DNA from: an uncultured Bacilli bacterium
GTDB lineage: Bacteria > Bacillota_I > Bacilli_A > RF39 > UBA660
Length of the DNA stretch: 64,000 bases
Direction of reading: 5' to 3'
Assembly: GCA_905235045.1 (NCBI GenBank)
Contig: CAJOJO010000009.1
Coordinates: 4,241 to 68,240, forward strand
Positions 11,167-21,520 of the stretch are shown here, one piece after another. The first letter of the stretch is position 1. Each line of letters starts with the position of its first letter. The notes under the pieces are model-generated. The model saw only the letters and a program-made list of their open reading frames with translations. It ran no database searches and was not told where the DNA came from. A program made the translations under genes and the position numbers.

Positions 11167-13773
11167 CTATCGATATTTATTTCCACCTTCAGTTAATTGT
11201 ACACCATTTGGTGAACTGTTTGAACGGAAACTCAAATAATCATGAGTTGGTGCCATAGTGCCTGTTAATATAGCATCCATCATTGCGTCAACTTGGGCTG
11301 CTGTAGCAGGGTCACCTTGATAATAATTACCATTTGTATATTGTTTATAGTGACCACCCAAATATGATTCAAATTGACCAGGTGCGGTTGTAACAGCATA
11401 AGCACTTGTTCCACTATTATTCATACGATTTTTAATACATGATGCTACATTAGCTATTTCAGTAGGATTATTCCCCGCTTCATGCCTAATTGTAGCTTTT
11501 ACTATGTCTAATTGTTGTGGGGTTAAGCCTAAAATAGCAGCAGTATCACTCGTTGGCGCAGTTTGAACAACTGGTTGCTCAATTGGTTCAACTACTACAG
11601 GCTCTTGAGTAGATTGTTCCACTACAGGAGTTTGAATTTCTTCTTTAATTGGTTTAATTACTTCTTCAACCTTAGGATCTTCTTTCTCAACTTTATCTAC
11701 TTTAGAAGCTGTTTTTTCCTCTTTAATTGGTTCAATTACTTCCTCAATCTTAGAAGTCTCATCATTTTTTGTTATATCAACTTTAGATTCCTCATTAACT
11801 GTCTCTTGTTGTTCGTCTATCCTTTTAAATTCAGCAGTAGGAATCTTATCTAAAACAGGGGTTTCTTTATTTACATCTTCAATTTTTTCTTCTTCAACAA
11901 CTGTTTCTGTTTTTTCTTCATTTATTGATAATTCTGGTTCTTCCACTGTTTCTTGCTTTGATTCTAAGCCATCATTTTCTAAGGTAGCTTGTACTTTAGC
12001 AGGCCATGCTGAATTATTTTTATCATATTTAGAGCCAATTTCTTCTAAAGTATTTAAACCTTGACCAAAGTATTTATCTTGTAACATTGTTAAGAATTTA
12101 TCTAAACCTTCTTCTTTGGTTGCAAAATCCATAGGCTCATAATTCTTAGTCATCATTCCACCATAGTTATTTTTATTTAAAAATGCTGATGATGTATAAT
12201 TACCTGTTTCTTGTCTTGAAATAGCAACGGCCATTTTTATTTGATCATCAGTAAATCCTCTATTACGAGCAGCAGCAGCTATTTCATTACTTTCGTCAAA
12301 CTTAAAACTAAAATCAGAACTTGTAGCTAATCTTTCTTCTGGTTCTTCTTCAATAACTTGATTATTATTCTCAACTATTTCATTTGTTTCTTCTATAGAA
12401 TTTTCAACTATTTCATTTGTTTCTTCTACTATAGGTTCTTCTTTTATTTCAGGAACTTGTTCAATAGTATTTTCTTCTCCTACGCCACTTTCATTATCTG
12501 ATGATAAATCTTCTTCCGAAATAGTTTCTAAAGTGGAAGTTTCCTCATTATTTATTTCATTCATTGGTTCTACTACTTCAGTTATATCGGGAACTGGATT
12601 TACTATTTCATTAATGGTCTCTTGGGCATTAGAAATAGCGTCCATAGTAGCATTTCCTAACTCAACAGCTTTTTCACTAATACTTTGAGTAGCATTAGCC
12701 ATTCCAGAAAACGCATTATTCATTTGTTCTGTAACCATAGTTACATTAGATTCTTCCAAACTATTATCAATTTGAGTTACTACTTTTTGTTCATTTGTTT
12801 CAATATTCTTTTTTAATGCTGGTAAAGCTGCCGTTAAAAGAGTTACTGACATAGTCATAATAGCAACTTTCTTTTTAATTTTTTGTTTAATATTAACAAC
12901 TTTTAAAGGTTTTTCTTCTTCTTTTGAACGATTAATATATTTATTAACTGCTAAACTTAATTCTTCTAAACTTATATAGGTACCATCTGGTAAAGTAGCT
13001 TCATTATCAATTTCACCTACTGTTTGAATACCAGCTTGTCCCAAAGTTACTTCTTTTTCATTGGTTTCATTAGTTTTAACATTTAAACAACGACTAAGGT
13101 TACTAGCTACTACTTTTAAATCACTAAGTGATAAATTAGGATTACTAGTAATTAATTCTTTACTATTAGGTACGCCATCTAAAGCATCAATTAAATGAAT
13201 AAATTCATCACGATTAACAAATTTACCATTACTTATTCTTCTATTTAAAACTAGTTTACCTTTTACTTCACCATCTATTTTAATTACTTCATTATCTTTA
13301 ACATCAATACTAGAAACACTATCAATAACAGCGTTACCCATTTCGTTAATAACACTTATATTTTCTCCAATTATTTTATTATAGGTTTCTTTTAATTCGG
13401 TAATTGTTCTTGCTTGATAAGTTGCTGGATTTTCTTGTTTTAAAAAGTTAATATAATTATCATAATAGTGAGACATAATACCTTGTTTTATACGTGGAGC
13501 ACGTGTTTTTAAAACATCCCAATATGATTTACGATTAGCTAATGCTTCATTCTCTAAAGAAAGTAAAATGTTCTTTTCAACAACTAATCGTAACGTATCA
13601 GCTGAATAACTTTCTAATTCTTCCTTTACATCTTTATCAATATCCAAAGGTCTTTCATTCATAATGTCATCAATAAGACGACTAACACCTTTGTTACCCA
13701 TTTTTTCTAAAGTCTTTCTTAATAAATCTTCAACTATTTTTTCAACTTTCTCAATATTATAATTTAAATCCAT
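11167..13773 (-). CDS. Large protein with internal hydrophobic segment, glucosaminidase-like domain and C-terminal SleB-like domain
   Basis: AISRQETG...NNYGGM...FATKEEG; C-terminal IRHEAG...VASCIKNR...APGQF. Confidence 0.7.
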   Translation of the reverse strand: MDLNYNIEKVEKIVEDLLRKTLEKMGNKGVSRLIDDIMNERPLDIDKDVKEELESYSADTLRLVVEKNILLSLENEALANRKSYWDVLKTRAPRIKQGIMSHYYDNYINFLKQENPATYQARTITELKETYNKIIGENISVINEMGNAVIDSVSSIDVKDNEVIKIDGEVKGKLVLNRRISNGKFVNRDEFIHLIDALDGVPNSKELITSNPNLSLSDLKVVASNLSRCLNVKTNETNEKEVTLGQAGIQTVGEIDNEATLPDGTYISLEELSLAVNKYINRSKEEEKPLKVVNIKQKIKKKVAIMTMSVTLLTAALPALKKNIETNEQKVVTQIDNSLEESNVTMVTEQMNNAFSGMANATQSISEKAVELGNATMDAISNAQETINEIVNPVPDITEVVEPMNEINNEETSTLETISEEDLSSDNESGVGEENTIEQVPEIKEEPIVEETNEIVENSIEETNEIVENNNQVIEEEPEERLATSSDFSFKFDESNEIAAAARNRGFTDDQIKMAVAISRQETGNYTSSAFLNKNNYGGMMTKNYEPMDFATKEEGLDKFLTMLQDKYFGQGLNTLEEIGSKYDKNNSAWPAKVQATLENDGLESKQETVEEPELSINEEKTETVVEEEKIEDVNKETPVLDKIPTAEFKRIDEQQETVNEESKVDITKNDETSKIEEVIEPIKEEKTASKVDKVEKEDPKVEEVIKPIKEEIQTPVVEQSTQEPVVVEPIEQPVVQTAPTSDTAAILGLTPQQLDIVKATIRHEAGNNPTEIANVASCIKNRMNNSGTSAYAVTTAPGQFESYLGGHYKQYTNGNYYQGDPATAAQVDAMMDAILTGTMAPTHDYLSFRSNSSPNGVQLTEGGNKYR

Positions 13774-13859
13774 ATAATCACCTATCTTATCTATCTATAT
13801 TATAACCTAAATAAAAAGAAAATCATAGTTTTTAAAGTAAAAATCTATGATTTTTGTCA

Positions 13860-15944
13860 TTATTTTACGATAAATTTAAAATCTTTATCATAATCAACAT
13901 TAATAACACTATTATAATTAATATTTCCTTCAATTATTAGTTTTGCAATGTTTGTTTCTAAAATACGACTAACTAATCTTTTTAAAGGTCTAGCGCCATA
14001 ATTAATGTCATAACCACTATCAATTAGTTCTTTTCTAGCTTTTTCAGTTAATTCGATTTTAATATTTAAATCACTTAAACGATCTTCTATTTCTTTAATA
14101 ATTTTGTTTAGTATTTTACTAATACTATTTTTTTCAAGCGGTTTAAAGACAATTATTTCATCCAAGCGATTAATAAATTCAGGACGAAAATGATCTTTTA
14201 ATGATGGAATTACTTTATCAGTATTGCCATCTAAGATAAATTCACTACCTAAATTAGAAGTCATAATAATAATTGTATTTTTAAAATCAACTGTTCGACC
14301 ATTAGAATCAGTAATACGACCATCATCTAATATTTGTAATAATAAATTTAATACATCAGGATGAGCTTTTTCAATTTCATCAAATAAAACAATACTATAT
14401 GGGTTTCTTCTTATTGCTTCGGTTAATTCACCGCCTTCTTCATAGCCAACATATCCTGGAGGCGAACCAATTAGACGAGATGTTGAGAATTTTTCCATAT
14501 ACTCACTCATATCAATACGAACCATATGTTTTTCATCATCAAACAATTCATAAGCTAAAGTTCTAGCTATTTCGGTTTTACCAACTCCAGTAGGACCTAA
14601 AAACATAAATGAACCAATTGGACGGTTAGGATCTTTAATACCACTTCTTGATTTTAAAATTGCATCACTTACTAATTTTAAAGCTTCGTCTTGACCAATA
14701 ACACGTTTTTTCATATTATCTTCCAAATTTAATAGTTTTTCTTTTTCGCTACTTAGTAATTTAGCAATCGGAATATTTGTCCATTTTGATATAACTTGCG
14801 CAATATCATCACTAGTTACTGTATCACTTAATAACTTGTTTTCACTTTGACATTTAAGTTTCTTAATTTCTTCTTCTAACTCTGGTATTTTACCATGTTT
14901 TAAAATAGCAGCTTTATTCAAATCATAGTTGTTTTCTGCTTGTTCTAATTCAAATTTTGCTTGCTCTAATTCAACTTTTTTACTTTTAATATCATTACTT
15001 AGATTTTTTTCTTTATTCCAAGCTTCAGTTAACTCCTTTTCTTTTACTTTTAATTTAGCTAATTCTTCATCTATATCAGTTAAACGTTTTTTTGATAATT
15101 CATCTTTTTCCTTTTTAATTGCTTGTTTTTCAATTTCTAATTTCATTATTTTACGAGTTAATGTATCTAATGATGTTGGAACTGAGTCCATTTGAACTCT
15201 TATTGTTGCACAAGCTTCGTCAACTAAATCAATTGCTTTATCGGGTAAAAAGCGATCTGTTATATAACGATTTGATAAAGTTGCTGCACTAATTAAGGCC
15301 TTATCTTGAATACTAACTCCATGGTGAATTTCAAAACGATGTTTTAAACCACGTAAAATAGTAATTGTATCTTCTACATTTGGTTCTGAAACTAATATTC
15401 TTTGAAATCTTCTTTCTAAGGCACCATCTTTTTCTATATATTTACGATATTCATTTAATGTAGTAGCACCAATAACATGAATTTCACCACGAGCTAACAT
15501 TGGCTTTAAAATATTAGATGTATCCATAGCATTATTAGAGCCAGCTCCAACAATCATATGAATTTCATCGATAAACATAATAATATTACCTTCTGATTTT
15601 TTTATTTCGTTTAGAACATTTTTTAGTCTTTCTTCAAATTCACCTTGGTATTTAGCTCCAGCTATTAAAGATGCCATATCAAGTTCCCAAATAGTTTTTT
15701 CTTTTAAACTACTAGGAACGTCACCTTTTACAATACGTAAAGCTAATCCTTCAATAATGGCTGTTTTACCGACACCTGGTTCACCAATTAAAACTGGATT
15801 ATTTTTTGTTTTTCTTGATAATATACGGGTAATACTACGTATTTCTTCGTCTCGACCAATAACGGGATCTATTTTGCCTTTTTTCACTTCTTCAGTAATG
15901 TTACGTCCATATTTTTCTAAAACATTTTCTTCTTGTAAATTCAT
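13860..15944 (-). CDS. clpB: Chaperone ClpB lacking the N-terminal domain
   Basis: Two AAA+ modules ([16 protein letters not shown]), coiled-coil middle domain, begins directly at LEKYGRN. Confidence 0.92.
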   Translation of the reverse strand: MNLQEENVLEKYGRNITEEVKKGKIDPVIGRDEEIRSITRILSRKTKNNPVLIGEPGVGKTAIIEGLALRIVKGDVPSSLKEKTIWELDMASLIAGAKYQGEFEERLKNVLNEIKKSEGNIIMFIDEIHMIVGAGSNNAMDTSNILKPMLARGEIHVIGATTLNEYRKYIEKDGALERRFQRILVSEPNVEDTITILRGLKHRFEIHHGVSIQDKALISAATLSNRYITDRFLPDKAIDLVDEACATIRVQMDSVPTSLDTLTRKIMKLEIEKQAIKKEKDELSKKRLTDIDEELAKLKVKEKELTEAWNKEKNLSNDIKSKKVELEQAKFELEQAENNYDLNKAAILKHGKIPELEEEIKKLKCQSENKLLSDTVTSDDIAQVISKWTNIPIAKLLSSEKEKLLNLEDNMKKRVIGQDEALKLVSDAILKSRSGIKDPNRPIGSFMFLGPTGVGKTEIARTLAYELFDDEKHMVRIDMSEYMEKFSTSRLIGSPPGYVGYEEGGELTEAIRRNPYSIVLFDEIEKAHPDVLNLLLQILDDGRITDSNGRTVDFKNTIIIMTSNLGSEFILDGNTDKVIPSLKDHFRPEFINRLDEIIVFKPLEKNSISKILNKIIKEIEDRLSDLNIKIELTEKARKELIDSGYDINYGARPLKRLVSRILETNIAKLIIEGNINYNSVINVDYDKDFKFIVK

Positions 15945-15981
15945 ACTTATCCCTCCTTATAAAAATAATTATAGCACTTTT

Positions 15982-16008
15982 TTAGCACTTGTCAATAAAG
16001 AGTGCTAA
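15982..16008. promoter_or_regulatory. CIRCE element (HrcA operator) overlapping the clpB -35
   Basis: Minus strand TTAGCACTC-N9-AAGTGCTAA, one mismatch to consensus; TTGACA at 15990-15995 and TGnTATAAT ending at 15968. Confidence 0.9.
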
Positions 16009-16030
16009 TAAAACTAATAAAAAAAGATTA

Positions 16031-16549
16031 CTAATATAATCTTTTTGTTATTATTTTTCTTCTTTTTTCTCGTGCTTTTAATTCTTGAAACTCACTACTA
16101 CTTATAAATTCATCCAAGCGTTTTGGTTGAAATAAATAGTAATTACTTTTTTCACCAACATAAATATGGGTTGCTAATTTTTGGCCCATACAATTAGCGG
16201 ATAAATTAGTTCTTAATATTTCTCCAACAATAAATGAGTTAAATAAATCTGGTCTTAATATTTTAATTGCCTCGGTTCCATAACCTTTATTACGATATTT
16301 ATCGATAATAGCACCGTCAATAAATTTGATATTATTAATATCTTCTTGAACTAAGTTTAAAAAACCAATTGGTTTACCATTTAATAAAATTAAACACATT
16401 GGATTAGATGCATATAAACGATCTTGTTTAGAATAGTAAATTTCTTTAATACCCGGTTCATGGCCCATCATATGATATATTTTTTCGTATACATCTATAT
16501 AGTTTATATTATAACGATTATCGCAAAGTCCATCAACTAATTCTATCAT
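16031..16549 (-). CDS. GNAT-family acetyltransferase-like protein
   Basis: I-x-x-KYRNKGYGT acetyl-CoA motif. Confidence 0.7.
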   Translation of the reverse strand: MIELVDGLCDNRYNINYIDVYEKIYHMMGHEPGIKEIYYSKQDRLYASNPMCLILLNGKPIGFLNLVQEDINNIKFIDGAIIDKYRNKGYGTEAIKILRPDLFNSFIVGEILRTNLSANCMGQKLATHIYVGEKSNYYLFQPKRLDEFISSSEFQELKAREKRRKIITKRLY

Positions 16550-16614
16550 ATAATTCTCCTTTTTTTTAATGTATTATACTCTCTTTTAAATTTTAGTCAA
16601 TAAAAAAAGATATT

Positions 16615-17013
16615 CTATTTTTTCTTTAGAATATCTCTTATTTCTTCTAATAATAATGTTTCATCACTTTTAACTGGTTTACTTGGTTCTTCTTTACGTT
16701 TAAATTTTTGAAATAATTTAATCATCATAAAGATACAGAAAGCAATAATTAAGAAATCAACAACTGATTGAATAAAAGAACCATATGCGATAGTTGCATC
16801 ATTAATATTAATTGTTAAACTATTAAAGTTTAATCCACCAAGTAAAGTACCAATTAATGGCATTAAGATATCATTAACTAAACTTGTAACAATTTTTCCA
16901 AAAGCACCACCAATAATAACACCAACAGCCATATCAACAACATTACCGCGAGATATAAATTCTTTAAATTCGTTTACTCCTTTTGAAACATTATTTAATT
17001 TCTTTTTTGCCAT
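16615..17013 (-). CDS. mscL: Large-conductance mechanosensitive channel
   Basis: [24 protein letters not shown]...LLEEIRDIL. Confidence 0.97.
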   Translation of the reverse strand: MAKKKLNNVSKGVNEFKEFISRGNVVDMAVGVIIGGAFGKIVTSLVNDILMPLIGTLLGGLNFNSLTININDATIAYGSFIQSVVDFLIIAFCIFMMIKLFQKFKRKEEPSKPVKSDETLLLEEIRDILKKK

Positions 17014-17108
17014 ATTATTCCTCCTAACAAAATTATATCATTATTTTAAAAGAATGCTATTAAAATTTATAAATTTATGATATAATAAGCTCTAATTGGA
17101 GGGATATT

Positions 17109-17753
17109 ATGTTAAATTTAGAAGAAAAGTATTATGATACAAGTGTATTAACAATTATTTTAGAAAGTGTTTTTGAAAAATCACCTGAACAAATAAGAAA
17201 AAGCATTGAAAATGAAAAAATTACTATTACCGATGATGAAATTAAAAAATTTTTAGATGATAATGTAAAATCTAATAAATATAATTATGAACCATATACA
17301 TTAAAATATTTCAAAACTTATACAGATATATTAAGAGAAAAAGTTAATTCATTATTATACATTATTGAAAATTTGGATAAAAAAGAAATTGACTTAATTA
17401 AAGAAACACTTATTGATTTAGATATTAATTTAGATGAAAATAATAATATTTTAAAAAGCGATATTATTCGTTTATTAAAACCAACTATCTTTAATATTAA
17501 TATTTTAAAAGGGAATGTTAGAAAAGCTAATAATGTTAAAACTTATTTAGATTTTAATATCTCATTAGATTCAATATATATGGATGGATTTACAGAAGAA
17601 GAAATTTATCCAAATAAATCACTACAAATTAAAAACTTATATTACAATCATACACCAGGTAATGTTGATTTATCAGAAAATCAAGTTGCTGAATTAACAG
17701 AAGAAGATAGAAAAAAAATGGTTTATTTCTTGGATATAATGAATAATAAATAA
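17109..17753 (+). CDS. Hypothetical protein
   Basis: 214-aa ORF with GGAGG RBS and TGnTATAAT upstream. Confidence 0.75.
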   Translation: MLNLEEKYYDTSVLTIILESVFEKSPEQIRKSIENEKITITDDEIKKFLDDNVKSNKYNYEPYTLKYFKTYTDILREKVNSLLYIIENLDKKEIDLIKETLIDLDINLDENNNILKSDIIRLLKPTIFNINILKGNVRKANNVKTYLDFNISLDSIYMDGFTEEEIYPNKSLQIKNLYYNHTPGNVDLSENQVAELTEEDRKKMVYFLDIMNNK

Positions 17754-17756
17754 AAG

Positions 17757-17793
17757 AACTCACTATTAAGTGAGTTTATTTTTATATGGGGCG
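17757..17793. repeat. Distal att-like copy: tRNA-His 3' end plus terminator
   Basis: AACTCACTATTAAGTGAGTTTATTTTTATATGGGGCG, 36/37 identical to 32164-32200. Confidence 0.88.
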
Positions 17794-17917
17794 ATAACAA
17801 AGGTTATCTGAAACCCTAAAGTAAAAGTTGATAAACAACTAATTCCTATAAACATTATAGCAAAATGATACTTGATAGATTATCATATCATATTTTTATA
17901 TTTTTCTATCTATATAT

Positions 17918-18058
17918 TTATTTATTTTTAATTGGTAATGGTTTAATTAAACTACCAATTTGTATATTTTCGTTATCTATCATCTTATTTTGCATTTTAG
18001 TTTTACTTTCTAATTGTAATAACATTAATTTAAGTACTAATAACTGTTTTTTTGTCAT
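17918..18058 (-). CDS. Small basic hypothetical protein (46 aa), not in ORF track
   Basis: GGGGGAGAG RBS, then MTKKQLLVLKLMLLQLESKTKMQNKMIDNENIQIGSLIKPLPIKNK*. Confidence 0.5.
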   Translation of the reverse strand: MTKKQLLVLKLMLLQLESKTKMQNKMIDNENIQIGSLIKPLPIKNK

Positions 18059-18124
18059 ATACTCTCCCCCTTTATTTGATAGACCATACTATAACACTAT
18101 TTTCTTTATTTGTCAATATAAAAG

Positions 18125-18148
18125 CTCACTATTAAGTGAGTTTATTTT
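18125..18148. repeat. Third copy of the CTCACTATTAAGTGAG terminator hairpin
   Basis: CTCACTATTAAGTGAGTTTATTTT, identical to the core of the two boundary repeats. Confidence 0.85.
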
Positions 18149-18272
18149 ATTCAACCATTATAACGTATCCATAATATAGAATAAATACTAGTAGTAATAT
18201 TAAACCTTCTTTTCTTGAAATTATTCTATCTGTAGATGAAAATATAAATAGCAAAAAGGCAGCTAAAATCGT
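18147..18272 (-). pseudogene. 3' remnant of a Ca2+/Na+ antiporter (YrbG/CaCA-like)
   Basis: Manual translation TILAAFLLFIFSSTDRIISRKEGLILLLVFILYYGYVIMVE*, resembling the I-S-R-x-EG-x-x-LL C-terminal motif; no start. Confidence 0.55.
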
Positions 18273-18283
18273 AGTCTGCCTCC

Positions 18284-19219
18284 TTATTTTATATCTAAAT
18301 AACATTCTTTTTTTAGAAAATCAAATATTTTTTTATCATTATCTGTTTCATAGTAATCAATTAGTAATTTTTTGTATTTATTTACTTTTTCAGCAGGAAT
18401 TACAATCATCCCTTTACCTTTTGAAATTAAGTAATGATTAGCAAATATAACTGAAGTTCTTTTATTACCATCAATAAACATTTGTTTTTTTACAACATAT
18501 AATAATAATTCAATTGCTTTATCAACATCATTACTACTACTATTAACAATATTATTTATATCATCTTTAATATCAGATTCAATTGGTAAAGATGGTTTCC
18601 ATGTTGTCCCACCGATATCTACTGATACACTTCTTAACATACCAGCATTATAATAAAAGCCTTCTTCAACTAATTTGTTAATCATACATAATATTGAATA
18701 ATCTGTTTTTGATAAAATAACATTTTTATTTAAAACAAATTCCCAAGCATGTTTTAAATTTACAATCTTTAATATGTCATCTGATGACATATTATTTACC
18801 TTACCACCTTCAATAATATTTTCAGTATCAGATAAAGTTGTTGCCACACCTTCTAATATTGCTTGTTTATAAATAGTATTAGCTAAATTTTTTTTAGCAA
18901 AATCAATATTATTACTTACTTCATAAGTTAATTCTTGATCTATATAATTTAGTTCTTTTAGTTCCTTTTCTATTTTTTTAATTTCTTTTTTTAATTCTTT
19001 TGCTTTAACATTATTATTTAAAATTAAATTATATAATTCATCACTATATTCACCAATATATTTAGATTTTTTAATACCATTTATTCTTACGTGAGTATAA
19101 ATATATTTATTATTGTTTTTTTTTCTTATTTCGATTGAACCATATATTAGTTTTTCTAATTCTACTTGCTTATTTTGTTTTATATTTAGCAAACTTAATA
19201 TTTTAGCTTGAGTTTCCAT
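18284..19219 (-). CDS. Fic/Doc family protein with non-canonical motif
   Basis: QMFIDGNKRTS in place of HPFxDGNGR; ATG at 19219 after GAGGTG RBS. Confidence 0.85.
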   Translation of the reverse strand: METQAKILSLLNIKQNKQVELEKLIYGSIEIRKKNNNKYIYTHVRINGIKKSKYIGEYSDELYNLILNNNVKAKELKKEIKKIEKELKELNYIDQELTYEVSNNIDFAKKNLANTIYKQAILEGVATTLSDTENIIEGGKVNNMSSDDILKIVNLKHAWEFVLNKNVILSKTDYSILCMINKLVEEGFYYNAGMLRSVSVDIGGTTWKPSLPIESDIKDDINNIVNSSSNDVDKAIELLLYVVKKQMFIDGNKRTSVIFANHYLISKGKGMIVIPAEKVNKYKKLLIDYYETDNDKKIFDFLKKECYLDIK

Positions 19220-19256
19220 AGTTATCACCTCAATATAATTATAACACAAAAAATAA

Positions 19257-19303
19257 AAATGTGGAACTTTTTTTATATTTTTTTATAATTTTGTTCCACA
19301 TTT
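19257..19303. promoter_or_regulatory. 11-bp inverted repeat upstream of fic (operator or terminator)
   Basis: AAATGTGGAAC-N25-GTTCCACATTT just upstream of a TGnTATAAT on the minus strand. Confidence 0.45.
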
Positions 19304-19314
19304 ACTAAATACTA

Positions 19315-19659
19315 TTACATATTTTTTACACAATCCCAAATGGAATTCCATTTATCATCAATACGATTTTTTTCAAATACAATCTTTTTATCTTTTTTAT
19401 AAATATTATCTTCACTATCACAAAGCTCTGTTGATAAACAATAATTATATTGAATTTTTGCATTCACAGAAGAAATTATATAAAATGATATAGCTGCATC
19501 TAATTCATTGTTATTATCATCAAAATCTAATTCTATATTCTTTAATTCTTTATTATTTTCTAAAATATAATTACCAATTGCTTCACCAATATCTGGATTA
19601 TGAGCATAATCATTTTCCAAAAAATCTTTAATTTTTATTGTCTTCTTTTTATTAAACAT
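19315..19659 (-). CDS. Small STAS-like protein (DUF4325-like)
   Basis: G-x-x-I...IELDF...SF pattern and position directly after a GHKL ATPase. Confidence 0.45.
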   Translation of the reverse strand: MFNKKKTIKIKDFLENDYAHNPDIGEAIGNYILENNKELKNIELDFDDNNNELDAAISFYIISSVNAKIQYNYCLSTELCDSEDNIYKKDKKIVFEKNRIDDKWNSIWDCVKNM

Positions 19660-19678
19660 ATTTCCTCCTATTATTATA

Positions 19679-20566
19679 TTATAATTCTAGTGCTACTGCT
19701 TTAGAATTAGTTTTAAATTTATTTATTAATTGCAATAGTTCTGTATTATAACCTATATCAATAATAATCATTGTTCCAAATAAGGCACTTGGCATATTTC
19801 TTTTTCTTATTGTTCCCTTAATATTACGATAATATCCATTTCGAGAAATAATTGTTAGCGATCCTGAATAAGCTTTAATAAATTCTTCAATATCGTGCAA
19901 TCCTAATCCGCCAAAACTATTTGGTTTTGTCGAATTACCCATTTTAACAGCCCATGATATATATTCAGCATCATTATCGTGAAAACGATTATTTATGTAT
20001 GGTGCCACCACACATGGTATTGTAGCGCCACAATCAAATATAGAAAATCGCACATGTTGAATATTTGGATATTTTTGACCGCAACAACATATAAGATTAG
20101 TTTTTCCATGTGTTCTCGCATTTATAAATGCTTCACTTAAATATTTAATAATATAATCCGTTGCATCAATACCTAATGATAAATTCTTTAATAATTCGTC
20201 CTTTGCATATGTATCAAAACAATCCGTTTCATTGTTTAACAAATCATTCTCAAAATTTTTAAAATGAATAGCCGTATTTTTACTAAACATACTTGTATTA
20301 TTTCCAAAAATATCATGGGATAATAATATTTCTTTTATTTTATCGCTGATATTAATCATTGTGATAGTGTTGTCTGTAGTTCTTGCAATTTCATATAATA
20401 CTCCAATTATAACTATAATTTCCCCACACACAAATTTAGTTTTTTTAAAATCTAGTATTATATTATTCTTAGTCACACTTTTTATATGATTATATATTTG
20501 AATAAAACTTAAAAGTGTTTCCTCTTCATTATCAATATTTACAGGCATCTCAAACAAATATATCAC
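19679..20566 (-). CDS. STAS-like domain fused to a GHKL (histidine-kinase-like) ATPase
   Basis: N box LSEAFINARTHG, G1 box DCGATI, G2 box STK...GGLGL; N-terminal ILDFKKTKF. Confidence 0.8.
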   Translation of the reverse strand: MIYLFEMPVNIDNEEETLLSFIQIYNHIKSVTKNNIILDFKKTKFVCGEIIVIIGVLYEIARTTDNTITMINISDKIKEILLSHDIFGNNTSMFSKNTAIHFKNFENDLLNNETDCFDTYAKDELLKNLSLGIDATDYIIKYLSEAFINARTHGKTNLICCCGQKYPNIQHVRFSIFDCGATIPCVVAPYINNRFHDNDAEYISWAVKMGNSTKPNSFGGLGLHDIEEFIKAYSGSLTIISRNGYYRNIKGTIRKRNMPSALFGTMIIIDIGYNTELLQLINKFKTNSKAVALEL

Positions 20567-20650
20567 CTACCACAAAATTGCATTACATAAGTATATTAAT
20601 TATATCATTTAGCACTATTTACATCAATATTTTTTGTATTTTTAAATAGT

Positions 20651-21262
20651 CTATTTTTCTTCATCATAAACTTCACTAATAACCCTATCTTTTAATGTAA
20701 CCTCTATTTTCGAAAGAATTGTTGCTGGATCTAAATCCTTATGATCATGGGATAATTGACATTTTTCCGGTTTAATAAAATATTGCACTTTTTCAGAACT
20801 ATCCTTCTTGCCAACATACAAAACAATTACTGTATTATTTTGTTTATCATGTTTAACATCAGTTTCTAACCAATAATTTGTATCAAGTTTAGTTTTTTTC
20901 TTTATTTCCGGAACATACCAATCATCAATTCGAATTAATTCAGCACTTTTAAGCATTGGTATGTTTAAAATTTTAAGACAATCTTTATATATCTCATCAA
21001 TATCATCAACATTAATTTCTTGATTACATATAGGGCAAAGTAAATAACCTCTAGGCCTATCATATTTTAATTCTTGTTCTTGATGTTTTATACAATGTAA
21101 ATGAATACCATTTTGACAACAATAATAATGTCGCTTCCAGTTTTCTTCTTTTTCATAAAAATTTGTACAATTACCATATGTTAAACTGTTTACAGTATTA
21201 GCCAAACTACATTGGCGAAAACAAATTTTATCATTATAACTAATTAAAACTTCACTTTTCAT
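20651..21262 (-). CDS. Cys/His-rich hypothetical protein
   Basis: 203 aa with CC, HLHC-x-x-H and CPIC clusters. Confidence 0.75.
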   Translation of the reverse strand: MKSEVLISYNDKICFRQCSLANTVNSLTYGNCTNFYEKEENWKRHYYCCQNGIHLHCIKHQEQELKYDRPRGYLLCPICNQEINVDDIDEIYKDCLKILNIPMLKSAELIRIDDWYVPEIKKKTKLDTNYWLETDVKHDKQNNTVIVLYVGKKDSSEKVQYFIKPEKCQLSHDHKDLDPATILSKIEVTLKDRVISEVYDEEK

Positions 21263-21520
21263 AATTTAATCTTCCTTTATATAACTTTTTACTAATTAAA
21301 TTATATAATAAAAGTTGATTATTATCAATAAACTATCTATAGTTTTAGAGATCTATCTAAATAATTGGAATCTTGTAATAATTCAATACTACTATTGTTA
21401 AAAATTTTATACGCCTCTACTTTTGCCTTAATAATATTTTCATCAGTATTACAAAAGTTTTTAAGTCGGGATTTTGACTTAATTTAACTCATTTTTGTTT
21501 ATTTTTGTATTTTTTTGTAT

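Noticed and set aside
17757..18148. Repeated palindromic sequence as a possible CRISPR array
   Set aside because: Only three copies, hundreds to thousands of bases apart, terminator-like, and no cas genes
17865..18179. 104-aa hydrophobic plus-strand ORF
   Set aside because: No RBS, runs through a terminator, and is antisense to a better-supported small ORF
21340..21520. Open frame fragment and TTAAGTC/GACTTAA hairpin after the endolysin
   Set aside because: No start or recognisable motif; probably a terminator plus debris
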